From: Myxococcota bacterium
GTDB taxonomy: Bacteria > Myxococcota_A > UBA9160 > SMWR01
Length of the DNA: 64,000 bases
Assembly (NCBI GenBank): GCA_035258825.1
Contig: DATFWW010000025.1
Location: forward strand, 17,805 to 81,804
Direction of reading: 5' to 3'
Position 1 is the stretch's first letter; each line of letters opens with the position of its first letter. A program made the position numbers and the translations under genes. Shown here piece after piece: positions 39,874-49,255 of this stretch. The notes under the pieces were generated by a model. It made no database searches. It was not told the DNA's origin and saw nothing but the letters and a program-made list of their open reading frames with translations.

Positions 39874-40821
39874 GTGCGACGCTCCGTAGGGATCCCGCTC
39901 GCGCTCGGGATCGGCCTGGCGATCCTCGTGCTCCTGCTCGCGGTGGGCTGGCAGATCCTCGTGCTCGACGATCCCCGACCGATCACGCAGGGCCTGTCGA
40001 CGCGCGACTGGCTGATGCTGATCCTCGGCACCGTGTTCTTCGCGCTCGTGCTCGCGGGACTCGTCGCGCTCTCGACGTGGCTCGTCCGCGAGATGCGGCT
40101 GAACCAGCGCCAGCGCGCATTCCTCGACGCGGTCACCCACGAGATGCGCACACCGCTCGCGTCGCTGCGGCTGTACCTCGACACGCTCGGCCGCCACGAT
40201 CCCGAGCCCGAGCAGCGCCGGGCGTTCCTGGGCCGGATGCAGCGCGACGTCGATCGCCTCGATCATACCGTCGAGCAGGTGCTGCACGCGGCGCGCGCAG
40301 AAGAGCACCGCCGCGGAGCTCCGACCGAGCAGGTGATGCTCTTTCCGCTGCTCGACGAGTGCATCGAGGAGCTGCGCACGCGCCACGAGCTGCCCGCCTC
40401 GGCGGTGCAGCTCGAGGCGACTCCGCTCGCCGCGCTCGGAGCCCCGGCCGTGCGCGGCAACCGCGCCGAGCTCGCGGTGATCTTCCGCAACCTGCTCGAG
40501 AACGCCGCCAAGTATTCGGACGCCCCGGTCGAGATCCGCGTGCGCGTGTCACCCAAGGGCGACGACCGCGTCGACGTCGCGATCTCCGACCGCGGGATCG
40601 GCATTCCCGCCGGCGAGCTGCGCAAGATCTTCCAGCGCTTCTACCGCGCGGGACGCGACGTGCAGCGGACCGCGGTGGGGCTCGGGCTCGGGCTGTTCAT
40701 CGTGCGCAACCTCGTGCGCCGCCAGGGCGGCCGCGTCGTGGCGCGCAGCCAGGGCTCGGGCGCGGGCAGCCGGTTCGTGGTCACGCTGCGCGCGGCGTCG
40801 GTGGCACCGGAGGTCGCGTGA
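39874..40821 (+). CDS. Sensor histidine kinase with minimal extracytoplasmic loop (intramembrane-sensing type)
   Basis: Two TM helices are separated by only ~15 aa ('DDPRPITQGLSTRD'). They are followed by the H-box 'VTHEMRTPL', N-box 'NLLENAAKYS', 'DRGIGI' and 'GLGLGLFIV'. The start is uncertain. Confidence 0.85.
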   Translation: MRRSVGIPLALGIGLAILVLLLAVGWQILVLDDPRPITQGLSTRDWLMLILGTVFFALVLAGLVALSTWLVREMRLNQRQRAFLDAVTHEMRTPLASLRLYLDTLGRHDPEPEQRRAFLGRMQRDVDRLDHTVEQVLHAARAEEHRRGAPTEQVMLFPLLDECIEELRTRHELPASAVQLEATPLAALGAPAVRGNRAELAVIFRNLLENAAKYSDAPVEIRVRVSPKGDDRVDVAISDRGIGIPAGELRKIFQRFYRAGRDVQRTAVGLGLGLFIVRNLVRRQGGRVVARSQGSGAGSRFVVTLRAASVAPEVA

Positions 40822-41516
40822 CGCGGATCCTCGTCGTCGAGGACGAAGAGCACCTCGCCGAGGGCCTGCGCTTCAACCTCGAAGCCGAGGGCTACGAGGT
40901 GGCGATTGCTCCCGACGGGCTGCGCGCGGTGGATCTGCTCTCCGCGCGCGAGCGCCCGGTCGATCTCGTGATCCTCGACCTGATGCTGCCCGGACTCTCG
41001 GGCTTCGAAGTGCTGCGGCGCGCGCGCGCGTCGGGCGACTTCGTGCCGGTGCTGATCCTCACCGCCAAGGATGATTTCGAGGACCGCGTGCGCGGCCTCG
41101 AGGAAGGCGCAGACGACTATCTCGTGAAGCCGTTCCGGCTCGACGAGCTGCTCGCGCGCACGCGCGGGCTGTTGCGGCGGCGCCGCTGGGACGGTGTGGC
41201 CGACGGGGCACCGCCCGCGCCGGTCGTGATCGGCGCATCGATGCTGCACTTCGACCGCTTCGAACTCGCGACACCCGCGGGTGTGGTGAATCTCACGACG
41301 CGCGAGATGGGGCTGTTGCGCGCGCTGGTGGATCGCGGCGGCGAGGCGGTTACGCGCGGCGAGCTGCTAGAGAGCGTCTGGGGTCTGCGCCCGGACACGC
41401 GCACGCGCGTGGTGGACAGCTTCGTCGTGCGGCTGCGCCGCTACCTCGAGCCGGATCCGGCGCGCCCGCGCCACCTGCTGTCGGTGCGCGGGCGCGGGTA
41501 TCGATTGGTGCGCTGA
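40818..41516 (+). CDS. OmpR/PhoB-family response regulator
   Basis: The receiver has 'ILVVEDEE', 'DLVILDLMLPG' and 'DDYLVKPF'. The winged-helix output has 'LTTREMGLLRALV...VRGRGYRL'. The GTGA overlaps the kinase stop. Confidence 0.9.
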   Translation: MTRILVVEDEEHLAEGLRFNLEAEGYEVAIAPDGLRAVDLLSARERPVDLVILDLMLPGLSGFEVLRRARASGDFVPVLILTAKDDFEDRVRGLEEGADDYLVKPFRLDELLARTRGLLRRRRWDGVADGAPPAPVVIGASMLHFDRFELATPAGVVNLTTREMGLLRALVDRGGEAVTRGELLESVWGLRPDTRTRVVDSFVVRLRRYLEPDPARPRHLLSVRGRGYRLVR

Positions 41517-42347
41517 TTGCGCGAAGCCCCCCTTGAGCTGGGGCGGTCGATCGTGCGACTCTCACCGTCGGTGGGAGACGCGCTCACGTTCTTCGTCGAG
41601 CCGGTGCTCGAGAATGCGACGCTGGTCGCCGCGTTCGAGGGTTGGAACGACGCGGGCGAGTCCGCGACCGGCGCGGCGCGCTACGTGGCGGCGGCGATCC
41701 GCGCCGTTCCGCTCGGTGAGATCGACGGCGAGGAGTTCCTCGACTTCACCGTGCGCCGGCCGTGGGTGCGCGCCACCGCCGACGGCGCGCGCGCGATCGA
41801 GTGGCCCGTCACGCGCCTGTGCTATGGGGCGTGCGGTGAGCGCGAGCTGGTCGTCGCGATCGGCGTCGAGCCGCACCTGCGCTGGCGCGCCTACTGCGAC
41901 CTGTTCTGCGCGGTCGTGGCGCGCCTGCGCGTGAAACACGTCGTGCTGCTCGGCGCCTACGTCGCCGACGTCGTCTACTCGCGCCCGGTCGATGTCTCGG
42001 GATTCGCCAGCGAAGCGGATCGCCTCGCCGCGATCGGCGTCGCCCCGTCGCACTACGAGGGTCCGACCGGGATCATCGGCGTGCTCGGCGAGCGGCTGCG
42101 CTCCGACGGCGTCCCCGTGCTCTCGCTGTGGGCGGGGCTGCCCCACTACATCAGCGCGTCGCCGAACCCGCGCGGCGCGCTCGCGCTGGTCCAGAAGCTC
42201 GCGTCCGCGCTTCCGCTCGCGATCGACGAGGCGCCGCTGCGCGGCGAGGCCGCGGCGTTCGAGCAGAAGATCTCCGCGCTCGTGTCCGGCGACCCGGAGC
42301 TGACCGAGTACGTGCGGCTGCTCAAGAAGCGCGAATTTGCGCAGTAG
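41517..42347 (+). CDS. PAC2 (proteasome-assembly-chaperone-2-like) family protein
   Basis: It contains 'LVAAFEGWNDAGESATGAARYV', 'GVEPHLRW' and 'YEGPTGIIGVL', which are characteristic of bacterial PAC2-family proteins. A GTG at 41553 is an alternative start. Confidence 0.7.
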   Translation: MREAPLELGRSIVRLSPSVGDALTFFVEPVLENATLVAAFEGWNDAGESATGAARYVAAAIRAVPLGEIDGEEFLDFTVRRPWVRATADGARAIEWPVTRLCYGACGERELVVAIGVEPHLRWRAYCDLFCAVVARLRVKHVVLLGAYVADVVYSRPVDVSGFASEADRLAAIGVAPSHYEGPTGIIGVLGERLRSDGVPVLSLWAGLPHYISASPNPRGALALVQKLASALPLAIDEAPLRGEAAAFEQKISALVSGDPELTEYVRLLKKREFAQ

Positions 42348-42355
42348 GCGGTGGA

Positions 42356-42607
42356 CTACGTCAGCTCGATCGATTCGTCGATCAGCATCACGGGGATGCC
42401 GTCGTCGACCGGGTAGAGGATCCGGCCGTCCTGGCGGATCAGCCCCTCGGTGATCCGGGTCTTCACTGCCTCACCCCCGCGGTTGCGCAGGCGCCCCGCG
42501 TCGATCTCCGCGTTGACGCGCGCGAGCACGTCCGGCGCTGCGAGCGCAATCGGTTGCTTGGTCTCGGGACATACCAGGATCTCGAGCAGCTCTTGGCTCA
42601 CGGCCAT
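42356..42607 (-). CDS. Trm112/YcaR-family small protein
   Basis: This 83-aa protein has 'LLEILVCPETKQPI' and 'YPVDDGIPVMLIDESI'. Confidence 0.85.
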   Translation of the reverse strand: MAVSQELLEILVCPETKQPIALAAPDVLARVNAEIDAGRLRNRGGEAVKTRITEGLIRQDGRILYPVDDGIPVMLIDESIELT

Positions 42608-42830
42608 CGGATCTCCCTCCGCGCAACGGCCATCATAGCCGCGCGATTCGCCTTGACGCGACCCGGCTTACGGGATATCACACCGCGCGTTTCGGGGCGG
42701 CGCGTCGCTGCGACGTCCAGTCTTGCCCGTCTGCGCATCGTCGCCGCGGGCTCTCCCGTTCTCTCATCCCGTTCCAGTTCCCACATCGTTCCCAGATCGT
42801 TCGGTCGACCAGGAGTTCCGAACCCCCCGC

Positions 42831-43574
42831 ATGAGAGATCGCGCCCGTCCGTCGCTGCTCGCCGTGATCGCGCTCGCAGCCGTCGCGGCATGGATCGCGG
42901 CGGACCTCGGAGATGGGGCGAAAGCCACCGCGGAATCCACCACACCGGAGGCCGGTACACGCGTGGCCAGGAGCGTGTGCGAAGCGCACGAGCTGCGCGA
43001 GCTCCAGAAGAAGGATCCGGATCTCAAGGTCGATTTCGGGGAGTTCAAGGACGCGACGTGGCCGACTCGCGCCGCCTGTCTCTCGCACGCCGCGGCCGGC
43101 GATCCCGACGCCCCCGGCCCGCTGCAGCCGATCCAGTTCAGCCACAAGCACCACGCGGGGCTCTACCAGATCGACTGCCAGTACTGTCACTCGGGCACCG
43201 ATCGGTCTCCGTCCGCCGGCGTCCCCGCGACCGAGGTGTGCATGGGCTGCCACGCGCAGTTCCCGGCCAGCTACGACGAGCTCGAGGGGATCCGCACGCT
43301 CAAGGACCACTGGGCGAAGAAGCAGCCGATCGAGTGGGTGCAGATCCACCGCCTGCCCGAGTACGTGCAGTTCCAGCACCGCGCCCACGTGCGCGCGGGC
43401 TTCGCGTGCCAGGAATGCCACGGCAAGGTCGAGACCTACGACAAGCTGCCGCTCGTCGAGGAGACCGTGTGGTGGCCGTGGCTGCTGCCCGCGCACAAGC
43501 TCGAGATGGGCTGGTGCATCGATTGTCACCGGCGGAACAACGCCACACAGGACTGCGCCGCCTGCCATTATTAG
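42831..43574 (+). CDS. actA: Alternative complex III subunit ActA, pentaheme cytochrome c
   Basis: It has an N-terminal TM anchor and five CxxCH motifs: CQYCH, CMGCH, CQECH, CIDCH and CAACH. Confidence 0.85.
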   Translation: MRDRARPSLLAVIALAAVAAWIAADLGDGAKATAESTTPEAGTRVARSVCEAHELRELQKKDPDLKVDFGEFKDATWPTRAACLSHAAAGDPDAPGPLQPIQFSHKHHAGLYQIDCQYCHSGTDRSPSAGVPATEVCMGCHAQFPASYDELEGIRTLKDHWAKKQPIEWVQIHRLPEYVQFQHRAHVRAGFACQECHGKVETYDKLPLVEETVWWPWLLPAHKLEMGWCIDCHRRNNATQDCAACHY

Positions 43575-43610
43575 GCGAGATCGGCGCGCACGCGCCGGAG
43601 CTGGGAACGG

Positions 43611-46600
43611 ATGGCCGAACTCGATCGACGAGAATTCCTGAAGCTGGTCGGCACCAGCGCCGGCGCTGCCGCCGCGGTCGGCTGCTCGGACCTCCCCGAG
43701 AAGCTGATCCCCTACGTGGTGCAGCCCGAGGAGATCACGCCCGGCCTTCCGGTGATCTACGCGTCGACGTGTCAGGAATGCAGCGCGGGCTGCGGGGTGC
43801 ACGTGCGCACGCGCGAGGGCCGGCCGATCAAACTCGAGGGCAATCCCGAACACCCGATCAACCGCGGCAAGCTGTGTGCGCGCGGCCAGGCCGGCCTCGG
43901 ACGCACCTATCACCCGGACCGCTACCAGAGCGCGCTCGAGCGCGACGCGTCGGGCGCGCTCGCGCCGGTCGCGTGGGATCAGGCGATCGCGAGGCTCGGC
44001 GCCGCGGTCAGCGCGGCCGGGCGCCGCACCGCCGTGCTCACCTCGCCGCTCGGGCCGACGCTCTCCGGCCTGCTCGACAGCTGGCTCGCCGCGACGGGCG
44101 GCGGCATGCGCGTGGAGTACGAGCCGTTCGCACCCGAGGCGCTGCGCCACGCCGCCGAGGTGGTGTTCGGCGTCGCATCGGTGCCCGTATTCGATCTCTC
44201 GGATACCGACTTCGTGATCGACTTCGGCTCCGACTGTCTCTCCACGGGGCTCTCGCCGGTCGAGCACGCGCGCCAGCTCTCCGCCGCGCGAGATGCGGCG
44301 AAGGAATCCGCGCGCGCCGCGCGCCTCGTCTACGTGGGGCCGCGCCTCGACGAGACCGCGAGCCAATCCGACGAGTGGCTCGCGCCGAAGCCGGGCACCG
44401 AGGGAATCCTCGCGCTCGCGATCGCGCGCGCCGCGGTCGATGCGGCGACCGGACCGGACGGGGAGATCGGCGTGGCCGCGTCGGCGATCGCGCGCCAGCT
44501 CTCGGGCTTCGGTGCCGACGCGGTGGCCGCGCGCACGGAAGTACCCGCGGAGACGATCCGCAGGATCGGCGCGTCGCTCGCGAGAGCGCGGCGACCGGTC
44601 GCGCTGCCGCCGGGCGTGGCGCTGTCGAGCTCGCGCGCGACGTCCACCGCCGCCGCGGTGCTGTTCCTGAACGCCGCGATCGGTGCGGTCGGCCATACCG
44701 TGCAGGTTCCGCCGGCGCCGTCGCGCGCGCCGAGCTTCCGCGACACGACGCGCCTGATCGAGGCGATGAAGGCGGGCGACGTCGACGTGCTGATCGTGCA
44801 CGGCGCCAACCCCGTCCACACGCTGCCCTCCGCGAGCGGCTTCGCCGCGGCGCTCGGCAAGGTGAAGCTCGTCGTCTCGATCGCGTCGATGCCCGACGAG
44901 ACGTCGGCGCTCGCCCACCTCGTGCTGCCCGACCACACCACGGCGGAGAGCTGGGGCGACGCCGCCCCGCGCCCGGGCGTGCGCAGCATCGTCCAGCCGA
45001 CGCTGCGCCCGCTCTACGACACGCGCGCGTTCGGCGACACGCTGCTCGACACCGCGCGCGCGATCGGCGCAGCGGCCGCTGCGAACCTTCCGGCGGGCAG
45101 CTTCCGCAGCGCCGTCGAAGCGGCGTGGAAGGACACCAACTGGCGCGCGGCGCTCCAGCGCGGCGGCGTGTTCGACGGCGGCGCGTGGTCGTCGCCGGGC
45201 ATCGCCGAAGGCGTGGCCCGGCTCCAGTTCAAGGAGCCCGAGATCGCGGGCGACGGCGACTTCGTATTGCTCGCCGTGCCGTCGCCGATGCTCGGCGACG
45301 GGCGCGGCGCGAACCTCGGGCTGCTCCAGGAGACGCCCGACCCGATCACCAAGATCGCCTGGCAGTCGTGGGCCGAGATCAGCACGAAATCGGCGGATTC
45401 GCTGGGCGTGCGGCCGGGCGACGTGCTCGCGGTCGAGACGGCGAGCGGAAAGCTCGAGGTGCCGGTCTGGCCGCGCGGCGGCCTGCGCAACGACGTCGTT
45501 GCGATCGCGTTCGGGCAGGGCCACACGGTCGGCAGTTTCGCGGCGGCGACGCCCGACGAGTACTCGACCGGTCTGCGCGCGGGAGAGCGCCCGGCGCCGG
45601 GACCCGCGCGCGGCGTGAACGTCAACGCGATCCTGCCCGCGCAGAGCGACGAGTCGGGCGGCCGCGCGTTCCTGGTCGCGAAGGCGAAGGTCGGCAAGAC
45701 GGGTCGCTTCCAGCGCCTGCCCTACACGCAGGGCACCGACAACAAGCGCGGTCGTCTGCTCGGCGAGAGCATCTCGCTGGCGGCGCTCGCCGCAGGCGGC
45801 CCGAGTCCGTGGGCGCCGAACGAGACCCCGGGCCACGTACCGGGCGCGCTCGCCGCGGTACCCGCGGCTGCGGAGCACGGCGAGACGGGCGAGCGCCGCG
45901 CGGCGGCCGGCCACGGCGGAGAACACGAGATCCTGCGCGCCTACGACCCGGTGAACGACTCGGTCGCCGAGGATCCCTATCGCTGGGGCATGACGATCGA
46001 CGTCGACAAGTGCACGGGCTGCAGCGCGTGCATCGTCGCCTGCGCGGTCGAGAACAACATCCCCACCGTCGGCGAATCGCTGATCCTGCGCAACCGCACG
46101 ATGCAGTGGATCCGGATCGAGCGGTGGATCGGCGAGGGCGAGCCCGTGCTCGAGCCGGCCCGGCCCGACGTCGAGAGTCGCGAGCAGCTCGGCAACGTCG
46201 ACGTGCGCAACGCGCCAATGCTGTGCCAGCACTGCGGCGCTGCGCCCTGCGAGCCGGTGTGCCCGGTGTTCGCAACCTACCACTCGCCGTCGGGCCTGAA
46301 CGGCATGACCTACAACCGCTGCATCGGGACGCGCTACTGCTCCAACAACTGCCCGTACAAGGTCCGCCGCTTCAACTGGTTCGACTACCAGATCGAGCGC
46401 TGGCCCGATCCGATGGGCCTCGGCCTCAACCCGGACGTCACCGTGCGCGCGCAGGGCGTGATGGAGAAGTGCACGTTCTGCGTGCAGCGGATCCAGGCGG
46501 CGCGCCTCACCGCAAAGGGCGAGAAGCGCGCCGTGGCGGCGGGCGAGGTCCAGACCGCCTGCCAGCAGACCTGCCCGACCGGCGCGATCGTGTTCGACAA

Positions 46601-46742
46601 CCTGAAGCTCGCCGACAACAAGGCCGGCGCGGCCGCGAATGCCAACGCGGGCCGCACCTACCACGCGCTGCACCCGGTCAACACGCGCCCCGCGATCACC
46701 TACCTGGCGAAGGTCGCGCGCGAAGAGGGACACGAGGCATGA
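43611..46742 (+). CDS. actB: Alternative complex III subunit ActB (molybdopterin-oxidoreductase-like plus 4Fe-4S ferredoxin domains)
   Basis: It has the Tat signal 'DRREFLKLVGTSAGAAAA' and the N-terminal Cys cluster 'CQECSAGCGVHV...LCARG'. The C-terminus carries four ferredoxin motifs ('CTGCSACIVAC', 'CQHCGAAPCEPVCP', 'CIGTRYCSNNCP', 'CTFCVQRI...CQQTCP'). Confidence 0.9.
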   Translation: MAELDRREFLKLVGTSAGAAAAVGCSDLPEKLIPYVVQPEEITPGLPVIYASTCQECSAGCGVHVRTREGRPIKLEGNPEHPINRGKLCARGQAGLGRTYHPDRYQSALERDASGALAPVAWDQAIARLGAAVSAAGRRTAVLTSPLGPTLSGLLDSWLAATGGGMRVEYEPFAPEALRHAAEVVFGVASVPVFDLSDTDFVIDFGSDCLSTGLSPVEHARQLSAARDAAKESARAARLVYVGPRLDETASQSDEWLAPKPGTEGILALAIARAAVDAATGPDGEIGVAASAIARQLSGFGADAVAARTEVPAETIRRIGASLARARRPVALPPGVALSSSRATSTAAAVLFLNAAIGAVGHTVQVPPAPSRAPSFRDTTRLIEAMKAGDVDVLIVHGANPVHTLPSASGFAAALGKVKLVVSIASMPDETSALAHLVLPDHTTAESWGDAAPRPGVRSIVQPTLRPLYDTRAFGDTLLDTARAIGAAAAANLPAGSFRSAVEAAWKDTNWRAALQRGGVFDGGAWSSPGIAEGVARLQFKEPEIAGDGDFVLLAVPSPMLGDGRGANLGLLQETPDPITKIAWQSWAEISTKSADSLGVRPGDVLAVETASGKLEVPVWPRGGLRNDVVAIAFGQGHTVGSFAAATPDEYSTGLRAGERPAPGPARGVNVNAILPAQSDESGGRAFLVAKAKVGKTGRFQRLPYTQGTDNKRGRLLGESISLAALAAGGPSPWAPNETPGHVPGALAAVPAAAEHGETGERRAAAGHGGEHEILRAYDPVNDSVAEDPYRWGMTIDVDKCTGCSACIVACAVENNIPTVGESLILRNRTMQWIRIERWIGEGEPVLEPARPDVESREQLGNVDVRNAPMLCQHCGAAPCEPVCPVFATYHSPSGLNGMTYNRCIGTRYCSNNCPYKVRRFNWFDYQIERWPDPMGLGLNPDVTVRAQGVMEKCTFCVQRIQAARLTAKGEKRAVAAGEVQTACQQTCPTGAIVFDNLKLADNKAGAAANANAGRTYHALHPVNTRPAITYLAKVAREEGHEA

Positions 46743-48109
46743 CGCCGCCGCCCGCCGAATCGGTCGCCGCGATGATCCGCCCCGCGCCGGTGCGCGTGGA
46801 CTCGAAGGTCAATCGCGACCTCCTGCGCGTGATGGAGGGTGCGTCGGTCGGCTACTGGGTACTGCTGCACCTCGCGGTCGCCTTCATGCTCGCGGCGGGC
46901 GGCTGGTGGATCTACCAGGTCTATCGCGGGCTGGGGATCGTGGGTTACCGCCACCCCGTGTTCTGGGGCGCCTACATCGTAACTTTCGTGTTCTGGGTCG
47001 GCATCGCCCACGCGGGCACGCTGATCTCCGCGATCCTCTACCTGTTCCGCGCGAAGTGGCGCAACGCGATCAACCGCAGCGCCGAGGCGATGACGGTGTT
47101 CGCGGTGCTCACCGCGGCGCAGTTCCTCGGCATCCACGTCGGCCGCATCTGGAAGTCGTATTTCATCCTGCCGTACCCGAACCAGCGCGCGCTGTGGGTG
47201 AACTTCAAGAGCCCGCTCCTGTGGGACACGTTCGCGATCACCACCTACGCCACCACCTCGATCCTGTTCCTCTACATCGGCCTGGTCCCCGACCTCGCCA
47301 TCGCGCGCGACCGCTCCACGGGCTGGCGCCGCGTGCTCTACGCCGTGCTCTCGCTCGGGTGGCAGGGCACCTCGAAGCAGTGGAAGGCGCAGAATCGCGC
47401 CGTGCTCCACCTCTCCGGCCTCGCCACGCCGCTCGTGCTCTCGGTGCACAGCGTCGTGTCCTGGGACTTCGCGATGTCGATCGTGCCCACCTGGCACGCG
47501 ACGATCTTCGCGCCCTACTTCGTGGCCGGGGCGATCTTCTCGGGCTTCGCGATGGTGCTAACGATGATGATCCCGGTGCGCCGGATCTTCGGCCTCGAGG
47601 AGTACATCACCGACTACCACTTCGAGAACATGTCGCGGTTCCTGCTCTTGACCTCGCTGATCGTCGGCTACGCCTATCTCTCGGAGTATTTCATCGCGTG
47701 GTACGGCCACGTCGAACCCGAGTCCACCGAGTTCTGGATGCGCGCGTTCGGGCCGTACTGGATGTCGAGCTGGACGATGATCATCTGCAACGCGTTCGTG
47801 CCGCAGATCTTCTGGTTCAAGTGGGCGCGCACGCACGTGCCGACGGTGTTCATCGTGTCGGTGCTCGTCAACATCGGCATGTGGTTCGAGCGCTACGTGA
47901 TCATCGTCGGCGGACTCTCGCGCGAATACGACCCGGCCGCCTGGGGCGTCTACACGCCGTCCTGGGGCGAACTGCTGATCGTCGCGGGCAGCTTCGGGTT
48001 CTTCGCCCAGTTCTTCCTGATCTTCCTGAAGCTGTTCCCGGTGGTGGCCATCGCCGAGGTGAAGGAGATCGAGATCCACTCCAAGGCGCACGGCGAGGTG
48101 GGACACTGA
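46739..48109 (+). CDS. actC: Alternative complex III subunit ActC (NrfD/PsrC-like quinol-interacting membrane subunit)
   Basis: It is a polytopic membrane protein with 'FWGAYIVTFVFWVGIAHAGTLISAIL' and 'HATIFAPYFVAGAIFSGFAMV'. The ATGA overlaps actB. Only the last 456 codons of the 1993-codon open frame are coding. Confidence 0.9.
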   Translation: MTPPPAESVAAMIRPAPVRVDSKVNRDLLRVMEGASVGYWVLLHLAVAFMLAAGGWWIYQVYRGLGIVGYRHPVFWGAYIVTFVFWVGIAHAGTLISAILYLFRAKWRNAINRSAEAMTVFAVLTAAQFLGIHVGRIWKSYFILPYPNQRALWVNFKSPLLWDTFAITTYATTSILFLYIGLVPDLAIARDRSTGWRRVLYAVLSLGWQGTSKQWKAQNRAVLHLSGLATPLVLSVHSVVSWDFAMSIVPTWHATIFAPYFVAGAIFSGFAMVLTMMIPVRRIFGLEEYITDYHFENMSRFLLLTSLIVGYAYLSEYFIAWYGHVEPESTEFWMRAFGPYWMSSWTMIICNAFVPQIFWFKWARTHVPTVFIVSVLVNIGMWFERYVIIVGGLSREYDPAAWGVYTPSWGELLIVAGSFGFFAQFFLIFLKLFPVVAIAEVKEIEIHSKAHGEVGH

Positions 48110-48615
48110 TGCCGACGTTGCTGGGCGTCTTCGATCAGCCGGACCAGATCGCGGCGGCGGCGCGCCAGCTGCGCGCGCGCGGCTACGACGACCTCGAGAC
48201 CTACTCGCCCGCGCCCTTCCACGAGGTGGACGACGCGTTGATCGAGAAGCCGAGCAAGGTGCGCCTCTACACGTTGATCGGCGGGTTGACCGGAGTCGTC
48301 ACCGGGTATGCGATGACTGTGTGGATGGCGAACAACTGGCAGATCATGGTCGGCGGCAAGCCGTTCTCCTCGATCACGCCCTACACGATCATCGCGTTCG
48401 AGCTCACCATCCTGTTCGGCGTGCTGATGACGGTGCTCGGCGTGTTCGTGTTCGGGAAGCTGCCGAAGTTCAAGCTCGACCCGGCCTACAGCGCGCGCTT
48501 CTCGTCCGAGGAGTTCGGGCTCGCGGTGCGCTGCAAGGAGCGCGACGTCGCCGAGATCGACGGGCTCCTGCGCTCGCACCACGCGACGGAGGTCAGCCTT
48601 GTCACGCCCGACTGA
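48109..48615 (+). CDS. actD: Alternative complex III subunit ActD (DUF3341)
   Basis: It contains 'LLGVFDQPDQIAAAARQLRARGYDDLETYSPAPFHEV' plus two TM helices. Its start overlaps the actC stop. Confidence 0.8.
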   Translation: MPTLLGVFDQPDQIAAAARQLRARGYDDLETYSPAPFHEVDDALIEKPSKVRLYTLIGGLTGVVTGYAMTVWMANNWQIMVGGKPFSSITPYTIIAFELTILFGVLMTVLGVFVFGKLPKFKLDPAYSARFSSEEFGLAVRCKERDVAEIDGLLRSHHATEVSLVTPD

Positions 48616-49255
48616 TCTTCGCTCGGCTTCGCCTAGCTGCGCGCGCGCTCCGCGCGCTTGCCGTAGGGCCCTCCGTATCTCGCGCGGCTTCTTCGCGGGC
48701 ACGGCGCTGCTCCTGACGACCACGGTCGGCTGCTGGGAGCAGTGGTCGGACACCTGGTTCCCGCAGATGAAGCGCCAGAAGGCGGTGCAGGCGTTCGAAG
48801 AGGTCCGCTATGCCGGTCGCGTCGAGGGATTCTCACCCCCCGACGGAACGATCCCCGTCGGGAGCACGTTCCCGCCCGAGATGGATCCCAACGACAACGC
48901 CGCGCAGGACGCGCTCCAGAACCCGCACCCGATGTCGCTCGCTTCGCTCGAAAACGGCCGCACGCAGTTCAACCGCTACTGCGCCGCCTGCCATGGTGAG
49001 GGCGGCGCCGGCGACGGGCCGGTCAGCATGATGGGCAAGCTGCGCGGGCCGTTCGGCGGGGTGCTCGCGATCGCGGGGCCCGCGAGCATCGCGAAGATCC
49101 GCACCGATGGGCACATCTACTCCACGATCCGCTACGGGCGCCGCCGCATGCCGTCCTACCACCGGATCCCGTCCGACGACCGCTGGGACATCGTGAACTA
49201 CGTCCGGTACCTGAACGAGCCCGCAGGTCTCGCGGCCGGGGGGAGCGCGAAGTGA
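48599..49255 (+). CDS. actE: Alternative complex III subunit ActE, monoheme cytochrome c lipoprotein
   Basis: It has a lipobox-like 'LLLTTTVGCWEQ', a single 'CAACHGEGG' heme motif and the distal 'RRMPSY' Met ligand context. The TTG start is the only in-frame option. Confidence 0.75.
   Translation: MSRPTDLRSASPSCARAPRACRRALRISRGFFAGTALLLTTTVGCWEQWSDTWFPQMKRQKAVQAFEEVRYAGRVEGFSPPDGTIPVGSTFPPEMDPNDNAAQDALQNPHPMSLASLENGRTQFNRYCAACHGEGGAGDGPVSMMGKLRGPFGGVLAIAGPASIAKIRTDGHIYSTIRYGRRRMPSYHRIPSDDRWDIVNYVRYLNEPAGLAAGGSAK

Noticed and set aside
42128-48109. A 1993-codon ORF spanning the whole act operon.
   Set aside because: It overlaps actA and actB in another frame with nonsense-like RGRA-rich translation. 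Only the last 456 codons, from the ATG at 46739, encode the NrfD-like ActC.
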